Assembly: GCA_964643765.1 (NCBI GenBank)
Contig: CAZXTM010000005.1
Location: 1,677-65,676, forward strand
DNA: 64,000 nt
Reading direction: 5' to 3'
Source: an uncultured Bifidobacteriaceae bacterium
GTDB lineage: Bacteria; Acidobacteriota; Vicinamibacteria; Vicinamibacterales; UBA2999
In this document: positions 10,066-20,649 of the stretch, piece after piece
How positions within the stretch are numbered: the stretch's first letter is position 1
Layout of the letters: every line of letters starts with the position of its first letter
Made by a program: the position numbers and the translations under genes
Notes under the pieces: model-generated
Database searches by the model: none
What the model was told of the DNA's origin: nothing
Seen by the model: the letters and a program-made list of their open reading frames with translations, nothing else

Positions 10066-13000
10066 ATGGACGCGCGAGACCACGCCGTCGGGACACTGCT
10101 GGAGCAGGTGCGCGAGCGGCTGTCGCTGATTGGCCGACGCCGCACCTGGGCCGTGGGGCTGTCGGTGGCCGCCGGTGCGCTGGGCCTCGGATGGCTGGCC
10201 ACCGTCTTGATGGCCCACGAGGGTGCGGTACTCGTGGTGGCGGTTGCGGTGATGCTGCTGACCGTGGCGGTGGTCTTGCGTGCGACGGCGCAGTCAGTGC
10301 CGGCTCCACCCGGTGCCCGCGCGGTCGCCCGCCTGATCGAAGAGCAGGTGGGGGGCATCGACGATCTGCTGGTCACGCTCGTCGATCATGGGGCCCAGAC
10401 GACTCCGACCATCGCCGCCCTCCGCCGCGAGGCCGAGCGCGCCACGGCCGGTGTGGCGGTGGCCGACGTCGTGCCGACGGCGCGTGCAGACCGGGCACTA
10501 CGCGGGCTCGTGGCCGCCGCCCTGCTGCTGACGGCGACCAGTGCGGGCGTGAGCCCGACGGTATGGCGTGCATCGCAGGTGGCAGGCGCCTACCTGTTCC
10601 CGGCTCGCATTGAGATCGCCGTCGAGCCCGGCAGCCGTCGCGTGCCGCGAGGCTCGGCCGTGCAGATCGCCGCGCGTGTAACTGGGGCGGAAGGTCTTGC
10701 GCCGGCGCTCGTGTGGGACGGCGCATCAGGCCCGCGCGTCGACGACATGGAGCGTGGCGCCGATGGGCGCTTCGTGTGGAACGTCGCGGCCCTCGACGAG
10801 TCGCTCACGTATCGCGTGACCGCTGGTCCGGCGTCAAGCGAGGCCTTCCGGCTCGAGGCCATCGACCCGGCCGCCCTGACCCGCATCGATCTCACCTATG
10901 CGTATCCGGAGGCGATGCGCCAGCCTGGCCGCACCGAGACCGACAGCGGCGACATCTTCGGGCCGCGGGGTACGACCGTCACGGTCGATCTCATCTTCGA
11001 CAAGCCGCTCGACAGCGGGGCGCTCGAGCTGGGCACCGGTCAGCGCCTGGTCGCTGAACGCACGCCACAGGGTCTGCGCGCGACCCTGGCGATTGATCAG
11101 GACACCACCTATCGCATTTCCGCGCGCGATACCGATGGGCTCGAGAGCGCAGCAGGCCTCGAATATTTCATCCGCAGGCTCAATGACCGACCGCCCGATG
11201 TGCGCATCGCGCGACCGGGCGGCGACCGCCAGGTGACCCCGCTCGAAGAAGTCACCATCGAGGCGGTGGCCGATGACGACTTCGCGCTGGCCTCGCTCGA
11301 GATTGTGGTCCAGCGCCAGGGCAGGTCTGAGACGGTGGTGCCGGTGTGCACCAGCCAGTCGCCGCAGGTGACCGGGCGGTATGTCGTCGCGATGGAAGAC
11401 CTCGGCGTCAAGCCCGGCGAGATGGTCAGCTATCACGCCCGCGCGCGTGATATGGGCCGTGGCCGCCCGTCGACCGAGGTGCGCAGCGACATCTATTTCC
11501 TCGAGGTGAAGCCGTACGAGGAGACCTTCCGCGCGGCACAGACGCAGGCCGCCAGCGGACAGATGGCCGCGCCGGAAGTACAGGCGCTTGTCGACGCGCA
11601 GAAGGAAATCATTGCCGCCACCTGGAAGCTCGACGCGCGGGCGCAGCGGGCCGGGGCTGCGGCGGCGCGACGCGATCTGGCGGAGCTGGCGCAGGCGCAG
11701 CGCATGCTGCGCGACCGTGCCCTCGAAGAGGCGGGGAACGTCGCCCAGGCCATGGCCGATCCGTCACGCCGTCGCCGCCAGGCGCCTCCGGGTGCCGGCG
11801 GGGCGCCCTCGCCGATGCAGGCGGCAGCCGAGGCCATGGGTGAGGCCGCCGATGCGCTCGAGGCTGCACGTCCCGTCCAGGCCCTGCCTCGTGAGATGGC
11901 GGCGCTCGAGCAGCTGCTGAAGGCCGACGCCGATGTGAAGGAGCGGCAGATTGCACGGCAGCAGGGCAATGGTCGCTCGGGGAATCGGCAGTCGCCGGAT
12001 ATGTCCACGCTGTTCGATCAGCAGCTCAGGCAGCAGCAGCAGACCAGCTACGAGACCCCGACCACCACCGAGACGCGGGAGGAAACGCCACCCGAAGCGG
12101 ATCCGCTGGCGCGCATCCGCGAACTCGCCCGTCGCCAGGAGACGCTGCAGCGCCAGCAGGAAGAGCTGGCCCGCAATCGCGAGCGCCTCGAGGCCGAGGA
12201 GGCCCGCCGCCAGCTGGAACGCCTGACGCGGGAGCAGCAGCAGCTGACTGAGCAGGCCTCGTCGCTCGCCCGCGACCTGAGAAACCAGCAGACGCCCTCA
12301 TCGGGTGGGGCGGACGAGTCGCGGGCCCTGCAGCAGGCGGCCGAGCAGATGCGGTCAGCCACCGGTGATCTGCAGCGGCAGGATCCGTCGCAGGCCAGTG
12401 CACGCAGTGGACGCGCGGCCGAGAGCCTGCGCAGTCTCTCGCGCCAGATGGAACGGGCACAGCCCGAGGCCCGGCAGCGGGCGCTCGGCGATCTGCAGTT
12501 CGAGGCACGCCAGCTGGCCGAGGCCGAACGCCGCCTCGCCACCGAGGCCGAGCAGCGGGCAGGCACCAGGTCTCCACGTGCAGGCGCGTCGGGAGCCGGC
12601 GCGGCCACTGACGAGGTCCGACGGCTGGCGGCCGATCAGAATCGGCTGGCTGAACGTGCCGCGCAGTTGCGTGAGGCCGCACGGCAGCTGGCGCGCGGCA
12701 TGACCCCGGATCGGGAATCCGACCCGACGACGCGCGAGCAGCAGCAGGCGGCGATGGAGGCGGCTCGCACGCTGGACCGCAGTCAGCTCGATGCCCAGAT
12801 GCGCGGATGGGCCGAGCGTATGGGCGGTGAGACCGGGACGGCGCCAACGGACGCCGCTGCTCAGGCCAGGGAACTGGCGCGAGCGCTCGATCGCATCGCT
12901 GGCCAGCTGGGCGAGGCGGCCGGTGTCAGTGACCGCGACGGCGAGCGCCTGTCCGACACCCTCCAGCGCACCGGCGACCTGCGCACGCAGATGGCCGAGG

Positions 13001-13434
13001 CACAGCGGGCGCTCGACGAACTAGCGCGCGAGGCCGACACCGCGGGGACTGACCCCGAACGCCAGCGGCGCATCGAGCAACTCACGCGGGACGCCCAGGG
13101 GCGCATGGGCGAGGCACGGTCGCTGGCCGACGGCCTGCGGCAGTCCAATCCCGAGCTTCGACAGATGCCCACGACACCAGAGGACTGGAGTCCCAGCCTC
13201 TCCTCGCCGGGCACGGAAGCCTTCAAGCAGGATGTGTCGGCCTGGGAATCGCTCAAAAAGCAACTGCTGGCGGCCGTCGACCAGACCGAGCGGCGGCTGA
13301 CCGATGCACTGCGTGCGCGGATGCTGAAGGATCGACTGCCCGTCGGCGGCGCGTCGCAGGTGACCGACGAGTACCGGCCGCTGGTCGACCAGTATTTCCA
13401 GTCGCTGCCGGCGCCGAGGCGTCCGCCCCGGTGA
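10066..13434 (+). CDS. DUF4175-like membrane protein with ~600-aa Q/R/E/A-rich coiled-coil
   Basis: Two N-terminal TM segments, a beta-rich middle part and a long charged low-complexity helical region (about nt 11500-13100). The conserved tail is DEYRPLVDQYFQSL. Its position after BatA matches the clusters I recall; the family name is given from memory only. Confidence 0.65.
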   Translation: MDARDHAVGTLLEQVRERLSLIGRRRTWAVGLSVAAGALGLGWLATVLMAHEGAVLVVAVAVMLLTVAVVLRATAQSVPAPPGARAVARLIEEQVGGIDDLLVTLVDHGAQTTPTIAALRREAERATAGVAVADVVPTARADRALRGLVAAALLLTATSAGVSPTVWRASQVAGAYLFPARIEIAVEPGSRRVPRGSAVQIAARVTGAEGLAPALVWDGASGPRVDDMERGADGRFVWNVAALDESLTYRVTAGPASSEAFRLEAIDPAALTRIDLTYAYPEAMRQPGRTETDSGDIFGPRGTTVTVDLIFDKPLDSGALELGTGQRLVAERTPQGLRATLAIDQDTTYRISARDTDGLESAAGLEYFIRRLNDRPPDVRIARPGGDRQVTPLEEVTIEAVADDDFALASLEIVVQRQGRSETVVPVCTSQSPQVTGRYVVAMEDLGVKPGEMVSYHARARDMGRGRPSTEVRSDIYFLEVKPYEETFRAAQTQAASGQMAAPEVQALVDAQKEIIAATWKLDARAQRAGAAAARRDLAELAQAQRMLRDRALEEAGNVAQAMADPSRRRRQAPPGAGGAPSPMQAAAEAMGEAADALEAARPVQALPREMAALEQLLKADADVKERQIARQQGNGRSGNRQSPDMSTLFDQQLRQQQQTSYETPTTTETREETPPEADPLARIRELARRQETLQRQQEELARNRERLEAEEARRQLERLTREQQQLTEQASSLARDLRNQQTPSSGGADESRALQQAAEQMRSATGDLQRQDPSQASARSGRAAESLRSLSRQMERAQPEARQRALGDLQFEARQLAEAERRLATEAEQRAGTRSPRAGASGAGAATDEVRRLAADQNRLAERAAQLREAARQLARGMTPDRESDPTTREQQQAAMEAARTLDRSQLDAQMRGWAERMGGETGTAPTDAAAQARELARALDRIAGQLGEAAGVSDRDGERLSDTLQRTGDLRTQMAEAQRALDELAREADTAGTDPERQRRIEQLTRDAQGRMGEARSLADGLRQSNPELRQMPTTPEDWSPSLSSPGTEAFKQDVSAWESLKKQLLAAVDQTERRLTDALRARMLKDRLPVGGASQVTDEYRPLVDQYFQSLPAPRRPPR

Positions 13435-13453
13435 TCGCCAGGATTCGGCCCGC

Positions 13454-15679
13454 ATGACCTTTGCCGTTGTCTGGCCCTGGTGGGCTCTGGCCGCTGCCGC
13501 GCTGGGCGTGGTGCTTGCCGCGCTGGCGACCTATCGCCGCGCTGTGCCGCCGCTCACCGACGCACAGCGGGCGACACTGGTTCTCTTGCGGCTGCTGGTG
13601 CTTGGCGCGCTCGTGGTGGCCCTGCTGCGGCCCGTACGCCAGTTACCCGCGACCGAGCAGTCTACCCGGCTCGTGCCGGTGGTGGTCGATGTGTCGGGCA
13701 GCATGGGCATTCCTGATGCCGTCAACGGCCAGACTCGGCTCGAGGCGGCACGCGCGGTGGTGCAGGCGATCGAATCGGGCGTGAGCGGGTCACGACTGCG
13801 TCTCGAAGTGTGGCCGATGCATGCGGGCACGGCGGCCACCGATCTCAACGCCCTGCAGGTCGAGGGCGCGCGCAGCGATCTGGCCGTCGCCATCGACGAG
13901 GTGGCCGGTCGTGCCGTCGCGCGTGACGCGGCGGCCCTGATCCTGCTCTCAGACGGCGTGACCACCGATCCCGGGGGGCTGCCGCCGGAGCGACGCGAGG
14001 GCCTGCCCCTCTTCACCGTGGCTGTGGGTGGTGCCCAGCCCGTGCGCGACCTCGATGTGGTCCGGCTGGACGCGGGCACCGCAACCCTGCCGGGGTCGGC
14101 CATCGATCTGCTCGCCATCGTCTCGGCCCGGGGCAGCCGTGGCCAGCCGGTGACCGTGCGCCTCAGTGAAAACGGCCGACCGATCGACGTCGCCACTGTC
14201 GTCGCTGATGACGAGGCCAGTACCATTCCCTTCCGATTTGTCGTGACACCGCCGCCTGAGCAACCCACCGTGTACACGGCCGAGGTGCAGGAGACCGTGG
14301 CCGACGCCGTGCCTGCCAACAACCGGCGTCAGGTGCTGGTGCCTCCGCAGATGGGGCAGCGGCGGGTGCTGCTCATGGAAGGTGCGCCCGGGTTCGAGCA
14401 CACGTTCCTGAAGCGCGCACTGGCTACCGATGCGGCGCTGTCGGTCGATGCCCTCGTGCGCAAGGGGCGGGACGACCAGGGGCGCGACACTTTCTCGGTG
14501 CAGGCCACCGAAGATCGGGCCGCTGTGCTTGCGCAGGGGTTTCCGTCGAGCCGCGAAACGCTGTTCCAGTATGACGCGCTGGTGCTCAGCAACGTCGAGG
14601 CCGAGTTCTTCACGCGCGCACAGCTCGAGCTGGTGCGACAGTTTGTGGCCGAGCGCGGCGGGGGCCTGCTGGTGATGGGCGCGCGCAGCTTCGAGCGCGA
14701 GGGCATGGCGGGCACGCCGATCGCCGACGTGCTGCCGGTGGATCCTTCCGTGCGGCGCTGGCAGGACGCGGCCGCTGATGCCGCCGCACGGAACCTGCCG
14801 GCCAATGCTCCGGCGGTCACGCGCGACGGGGCGACGCATCCGGCGACCCGGCTGTCCATCGAGGCCGATGCCAGCAGCGGCCTCTGGCGCGCACTGCCCC
14901 CGCTGGCCTCGGTGTCACCAATGGGCGCACCCCGTCCCGGTGCACAGGTACTGGCGGTGTCCGCCAATCCCGGCGGACAGGCCAGTCCCCTGATCGCCGT
15001 CCAGCGCTTCGGACAGGGGCGGTCACTTGTGTTCGGCGGCGAGGCGGCCTGGCGGTGGCGCATGATGCGTCCCTCGTCCGACACCGCATATGCCTCGGTG
15101 TGGCGCCAGATCGTGCGATGGCTGGCCGCACCCGCGCCCAGTGCCGTCACGATGCGGGCGGGGGCCGCCGCGGCGGGCGAGAGACAGACGCCGGTGACGA
15201 TCGACGTGCGTGACCCGCGGTTCCTGCCGGTGGCCGATGCCGAGCTGACCCTGACGGTGCAGGCGCCCGACGGGCGCACGCGATCACTACTGCCTGTGCT
15301 GGCCGACGCGGCCGCCGGCCGCTATGCCGCCGTGGTGCCGACCGTCGATGCCGGCGTGTGGACCCTGACGGCCGAGGCGGTGCATCGGGGCGTGGTGCGG
15401 GGCACGAGCGTCCTGCACGTGCTCAGCCCGACGATGGGCGAGGAGTTCACGAGGCCTGAGGTGAACCTGCCGGTCCTGCGCCGGCTGGCAGCGGCGGGAG
15501 GAGGCGAGGCGTTCACGGAAGCGTCGGTGCCGATGCTCGTCGAACGCCTGCGCGCGATTCCGGCCGCGCCCGCCCGATATGAACAGGTCGACCTGTGGCA
15601 CAACGCCTGGACGCTCACAGGTATCATCGCGCTGCTGGCGACCGAGTGGACGCTGCGTCGCCGATGGGGAATGCTATGA
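13454..15679 (+). CDS. membrane vWA-domain protein with glutamine-amidotransferase-like (class I fold) domain
   Basis: N-terminal TM pair and MIDAS VVVDVSGSMG. The central segment (RRVLLMEGAPGFEHTFLKRAL ... YDALVLSNVEAEFF...ERGGGLLVMG) resembles the GATase1-like domain of Bat-cluster proteins. A C-terminal TM is present. Confidence 0.75.
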   Translation: MTFAVVWPWWALAAAALGVVLAALATYRRAVPPLTDAQRATLVLLRLLVLGALVVALLRPVRQLPATEQSTRLVPVVVDVSGSMGIPDAVNGQTRLEAARAVVQAIESGVSGSRLRLEVWPMHAGTAATDLNALQVEGARSDLAVAIDEVAGRAVARDAAALILLSDGVTTDPGGLPPERREGLPLFTVAVGGAQPVRDLDVVRLDAGTATLPGSAIDLLAIVSARGSRGQPVTVRLSENGRPIDVATVVADDEASTIPFRFVVTPPPEQPTVYTAEVQETVADAVPANNRRQVLVPPQMGQRRVLLMEGAPGFEHTFLKRALATDAALSVDALVRKGRDDQGRDTFSVQATEDRAAVLAQGFPSSRETLFQYDALVLSNVEAEFFTRAQLELVRQFVAERGGGLLVMGARSFEREGMAGTPIADVLPVDPSVRRWQDAAADAAARNLPANAPAVTRDGATHPATRLSIEADASSGLWRALPPLASVSPMGAPRPGAQVLAVSANPGGQASPLIAVQRFGQGRSLVFGGEAAWRWRMMRPSSDTAYASVWRQIVRWLAAPAPSAVTMRAGAAAAGERQTPVTIDVRDPRFLPVADAELTLTVQAPDGRTRSLLPVLADAAAGRYAAVVPTVDAGVWTLTAEAVHRGVVRGTSVLHVLSPTMGEEFTRPEVNLPVLRRLAAAGGGEAFTEASVPMLVERLRAIPAAPARYEQVDLWHNAWTLTGIIALLATEWTLRRRWGML

Positions 15680-16644
15680 ACACACGCCACCGATGGGCCC
15701 TGATCGTCGCAGTGTGGGCGCTGCTCCTGCCGGCGCATGCCTGGGCGGAGACACGGCGCGCGCTGATTGTGTCGGGGGCGTCCGGCGGCGAGAAGTATGC
15801 CGCCGACATGGCCCAGTGGCGGACCACACTGCGCGATGCGCTCGTCTCGCGGCACCGGTTCGATGCGGCACAGGTGCAGGTGCTCGTCGACGAGTCTGTC
15901 TCAGCCGGGACCAGGGCGACGGCGGCCAACGTGAAGAGCGCCTTGGCCAGGCTGCGCAGCGAGGCGGCTCTCGATGACTTCCTGCTGATTGTCCTCTTCG
16001 GGCACGGCACGTTTGATGGCGACGTCGCCAAGTTCAATCTCGTCGGGCCCGACCTGACGGCGGCGGAATGGCAGCAGGCGCTGGCCGGCATTGCGGGGCG
16101 GGTCGCCGTCGTCAACACCACCGAGTCGAGCTTCCCCTTCCTCGAGGCCCTCAAGGCCCGCGGGCGCATCGTCGTCACGGCCACCAATTCGGCGGCACAG
16201 AAGTATGCGACGGTCTTCCCGCAGTACTTCGTGAAGGCCATGAACGAGGCGTCGACAGACCTCGACAAGAACGGGCGCACCTCGCTGCTCGAGGTGTTTG
16301 AATCTACCAGCCTCGCCGTCGCGCAGCACTATGAACAGCAGGGCCTGCTGACGACGGAGCGGGCGCTGCTGGATGATTCGGGCGATGGCCGGGGCATCGA
16401 GCAGGGCACCGAAGGGAGCGATGGCGCACTGGCCCGCACGTGGCACATCGATGCAGAGCCGCAGGCGGCGTCTGCCGACCCGGAGGTGAAGGCCCTGCTG
16501 CAGCGGCAGCGCACGCTCGAGGCGGAGGCCGAGGCGCTCAAGCTGCGCAAGGACAGCATGCCGGCGGCCGAGTGGCAGTCTGCCTACGAAGCCCTGATGG
16601 TTGATCTGGCGCGCGTGTCGCTCGAACTGCGCAAGCGCGGCTAG
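15676..16644 (+). CDS. secreted legumain-like (peptidase C13 fold) protein, catalytic Cys apparently replaced by Thr
   Basis: I place the start at ATG 15676, which overlaps the upstream TGA (ATGA) and gives the signal peptide MNTRHRWALIVAVWALLLPAHAWA. LLIVLFGHGTFDG, RVAVVNTTESSF and RIVVTATNSAAQKYA align by eye with the legumain segments around the catalytic His and Cys. The C-terminus is coiled-coil. Confidence 0.6.
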   Translation: MNTRHRWALIVAVWALLLPAHAWAETRRALIVSGASGGEKYAADMAQWRTTLRDALVSRHRFDAAQVQVLVDESVSAGTRATAANVKSALARLRSEAALDDFLLIVLFGHGTFDGDVAKFNLVGPDLTAAEWQQALAGIAGRVAVVNTTESSFPFLEALKARGRIVVTATNSAAQKYATVFPQYFVKAMNEASTDLDKNGRTSLLEVFESTSLAVAQHYEQQGLLTTERALLDDSGDGRGIEQGTEGSDGALARTWHIDAEPQAASADPEVKALLQRQRTLEAEAEALKLRKDSMPAAEWQSAYEALMVDLARVSLELRKRG

Positions 16645-17300
16645 GCGCCCCACCACTCCACGTGCGCACGTTCGCGTCGCTGCAGCGGCTTGACCAGCAG
16701 CACCCCGGCGACAAACCCCATGACGTGCGCCCAGAAGGCAATGCCGCCAGGCAGATCGGCCGTTGTGGCGAGGGAGCCCAGGCCGCTCAGGAACTGCAGC
16801 AGGAACCACAGGCCGAGAAAGAAGACGGCCGGCACTTCAGTAATCAGGAAGGGGAAGGGCAGCAGCGTGAGCACGCGCGAGCGCGGATACAGGACGAGGT
16901 AGCCGCCCATGACCCCGGCGACCGCACCGCTGGCGCCCACCATGGGCACCGTCGAGTCGGGATTCAGTCCCACTTCGGCCAGCGCGGCGATCAGGCCCGT
17001 GACGAGATAGAACAGCACGAACCGGGCACGGCCCAGCCGGTCTTCCACGTTGTCGCCGAAAATCCACAGATACAGCATGTTGCCAGCGGCGTGCCCGAGG
17101 CCGGCATGGACGAACATCGACGTGACCAGGGTCAGGGGAGCGGGCGAGGCCGGCGTGATGCCCCAGGTCTGAATGAAACGCTCGAGTTCCCCGGACGGCA
17201 GCGTCAGCTCATACCCGAAGACTCCCATGTTCAGCCCCAGCAGCAGGTAGGTGACGTAGGGCGTCGTGCGCGTCGGGATGATGTCCTTCAGGGGAATCAT
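16641..17300 (-). CDS. rhomboid-family intramembrane serine protease
   Basis: Six TM segments, HAGLGHAAGNMLYLWIFG and the catalytic GASGAVAGVMG motif, plus a downstream AHVMGFVAG (His). Confidence 0.92.
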   Translation of the reverse strand: MIPLKDIIPTRTTPYVTYLLLGLNMGVFGYELTLPSGELERFIQTWGITPASPAPLTLVTSMFVHAGLGHAAGNMLYLWIFGDNVEDRLGRARFVLFYLVTGLIAALAEVGLNPDSTVPMVGASGAVAGVMGGYLVLYPRSRVLTLLPFPFLITEVPAVFFLGLWFLLQFLSGLGSLATTADLPGGIAFWAHVMGFVAGVLLVKPLQRRERAHVEWWGA

Positions 17301-17322
17301 GGTCTGTGGTTAAGATCGTGTC

Positions 17323-17520
17323 ATGACTTGTCGGACGTGCGGCACCGAGATTGCGGAGAAGGCCCTCATTTGCTATCGCTGCGGGCGGGCGACCGCTGAC
17401 CCTCGCGTGGCCCCGCCCGTCTCCCGTCGTCCCTCCGCAGGGTGGCAGCCCCGGCTGGTCGTGCTGGTGCTGCTGATCGGTGTGGCTGCGGCCGTCTGGT
17501 GGTGGCTGCAGCGCGGATAG
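17323..17520 (+). CDS. small zinc-ribbon membrane protein
   Basis: CRTCG...CYRCG (two CxxC pairs) followed by one C-terminal TM (LVVLVLLIGVAAAVWWWL). A TAAGAT hexamer (17311-17316) ends 6 nt before the ATG, compatible with a leaderless transcript. Confidence 0.55.
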   Translation: MTCRTCGTEIAEKALICYRCGRATADPRVAPPVSRRPSAGWQPRLVVLVLLIGVAAAVWWWLQRG

Positions 17521-17569
17521 CGGACCCGCTCGGCACGAACGGTCGGCCGTCGCCGGCCCTGCGATGGCG

Positions 17570-18520
17570 TCAGCGACGCGCGTTTGACGCGCGGGTGTGC
17601 AGGTCCGGTAGCGCGGCCAGCACGACATCCCCGACAATCTGCAGGCTTCGGGGGCTGACCTGGTCGAGCGTGTCAGCGGCCGTGTGCCAGGCGGGATAGT
17701 CGAGGTCGATGATGTCGAGCGATGGCACGCCCGCCTCGACAAACGGCATGTGGTCGTCTTCCACCGGGAATGGCTCGTCGAGGAAGTGCGCCGCGTGGCC
17801 GAGCCTCCGCGCGGTCGACCACACAATGTCGGTCATCCACCGCGTCGAGTTGGTGTCGCGACGGACGTTGAGCGACCGGTCGCCGATCATGTCGAGCAGC
17901 ACGAGTCCACGGATGGTGTCCAGCGTGCCGGCCTGGCGGGCGGCCGCGACGTAGTGGCGGCTGCCGTAGGTGTGGTTGGGGGCCACCCACTCGCCCCAGG
18001 CTTCCTCGCCGTCGAAGAACACAAACTCGGTGGTCAGCGGCAGTGGTGGCCGTGCCTTGAGCACGCGGGCCAGTTCGAGCAGGGCCCCGGTGGACGAGCC
18101 GCCGTCGTTGGCGCCGACGAAACGGAATTCCTGTACCGGCTTGGTGTCGAAGTGGCTGGCGAGCAGGAAGCGCTCGGCGCGCTGGCCCGGCAGGGTGGCC
18201 AAGACGTTGGTCATGCGCACGCGACCGACCGGGGTCTGTGCCTCGAACGACTGCTCTGAGGGACTGTAGCCATGCTGGCGGAGCGCGGCGATGATGTGGG
18301 CGCGGGTACGGGCGTTGGCTGCCGACCCGGCGGGACGCGGCCCGAAGGCCACCTGCTCGCGTACCAGCGTCATGGCGCGGGCGCTGTCGAAGGCCGGGGA
18401 CGGGGAGGCGGCGGGTGCCGGCCGCTGGGCGGTGGCCGCGAGCGGGGCCAGTGCGATGGCCCCGCCCGCCAGCAGCAGTGCAACCGATGCAGCGAAGGGC
18501 AGGCGCCTGATCGCGGTCAT
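17570..18520 (-). CDS. M28-family peptidase (glutaminyl-cyclase-like)
   Basis: I place the start at ATG 18520, which gives the signal peptide MTAIRRLPFAASVALLLAGGAIALA. The longer 18640 start would overlap gltA by about 100 nt. Motifs present: GANDGGSSTGALLELARVL, FFDGEEA, LLDMIG. Confidence 0.85.
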   Translation of the reverse strand: MTAIRRLPFAASVALLLAGGAIALAPLAATAQRPAPAASPSPAFDSARAMTLVREQVAFGPRPAGSAANARTRAHIIAALRQHGYSPSEQSFEAQTPVGRVRMTNVLATLPGQRAERFLLASHFDTKPVQEFRFVGANDGGSSTGALLELARVLKARPPLPLTTEFVFFDGEEAWGEWVAPNHTYGSRHYVAAARQAGTLDTIRGLVLLDMIGDRSLNVRRDTNSTRWMTDIVWSTARRLGHAAHFLDEPFPVEDDHMPFVEAGVPSLDIIDLDYPAWHTAADTLDQVSPRSLQIVGDVVLAALPDLHTRASNARR

Positions 18521-18537
18521 CGGAGGTGTCCGTGGCG

Positions 18538-19824
<1,287 letters not shown>

Positions 19825-19957
19825 GGCGTAAATCCACTTTATTGTAGTCCAGGGGCCCCATGCTGGAGACACCAGAACGGCGGTGGAACCTATGCGTAGA
19901 ACGCATGGTGTCCATCACGGCAGACCGGTGAGGGGTGCGGTAGTGCCGGGCCGGCCG

Positions 19958-20632
19958 TCAGTGTCCGGCTGGCGGCTGATGGCGCACGTCCCTGGCCGAC
20001 ACCATGAACACCACCGCCTCGGCGATGTTGGTGGCATGGTCGCCCACCCGTTCCAGGTGCCGGCCGATCAGCAGCAGGGCGAGGGCGGGGCCGATGCGCT
20101 CGGGGGTGCGGGCCATCTCGGCCTGCAGGTCCTGAAACAGCTGGGCGTTGAGCCGGTCGAGGTCCTCGTCGGCGGCCAGCACCGAGGCGGCCCGCGCCGC
20201 GTCACGGCGCACGCAGGCATCGAGGGCATCGCGCAGCATGGTCGCCGCATGGCGGCCCATCCGCTCGACCAGGGGAGCCTGCGGCAGGGGCGGATGGCTC
20301 ACCACCTCGAGCCCGCCTTGCGCGATGTTGATGGCCAGATCACCCACGCGCTCCAGGTCACTGTTGACCTTGATGATGCCGACGACTGCCCGCAGGTCGA
20401 CGGCCACCGGCTGCTGCAGCGCCAGGATGGTGAGGCTGTGGGCGTCGATGTCGCGCTGCAGGTCGTTGATCGGGCCATCCTGCTGCAGCACGGTGTCCAG
20501 CACCGTGCCCTGGCGGTCGATGACGCCGGTCACCGCCTGGCGCAGCTGTTCCTCGGCCAGTCCGCCCATGGCGAGCAGGCGCCGGGTCAGGGCGTCGCGT
20601 TCCTCTTCGAAGTGCCGCAGCAGTCGTTCCAT
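19958..20632 (-). CDS. phoU: phosphate signalling complex protein PhoU
   Basis: Two PhoU repeats, each with an E/D..ER.GD.A.NIA motif (LERVGDLAINIAQ, LERVGDHATNIAE). Lies downstream of pstB. Confidence 0.93.
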   Translation of the reverse strand: MERLLRHFEEERDALTRRLLAMGGLAEEQLRQAVTGVIDRQGTVLDTVLQQDGPINDLQRDIDAHSLTILALQQPVAVDLRAVVGIIKVNSDLERVGDLAINIAQGGLEVVSHPPLPQAPLVERMGRHAATMLRDALDACVRRDAARAASVLAADEDLDRLNAQLFQDLQAEMARTPERIGPALALLLIGRHLERVGDHATNIAEAVVFMVSARDVRHQPPAGH

Positions 20633-20649
20633 GGCGTGGTGCGTCAGGG

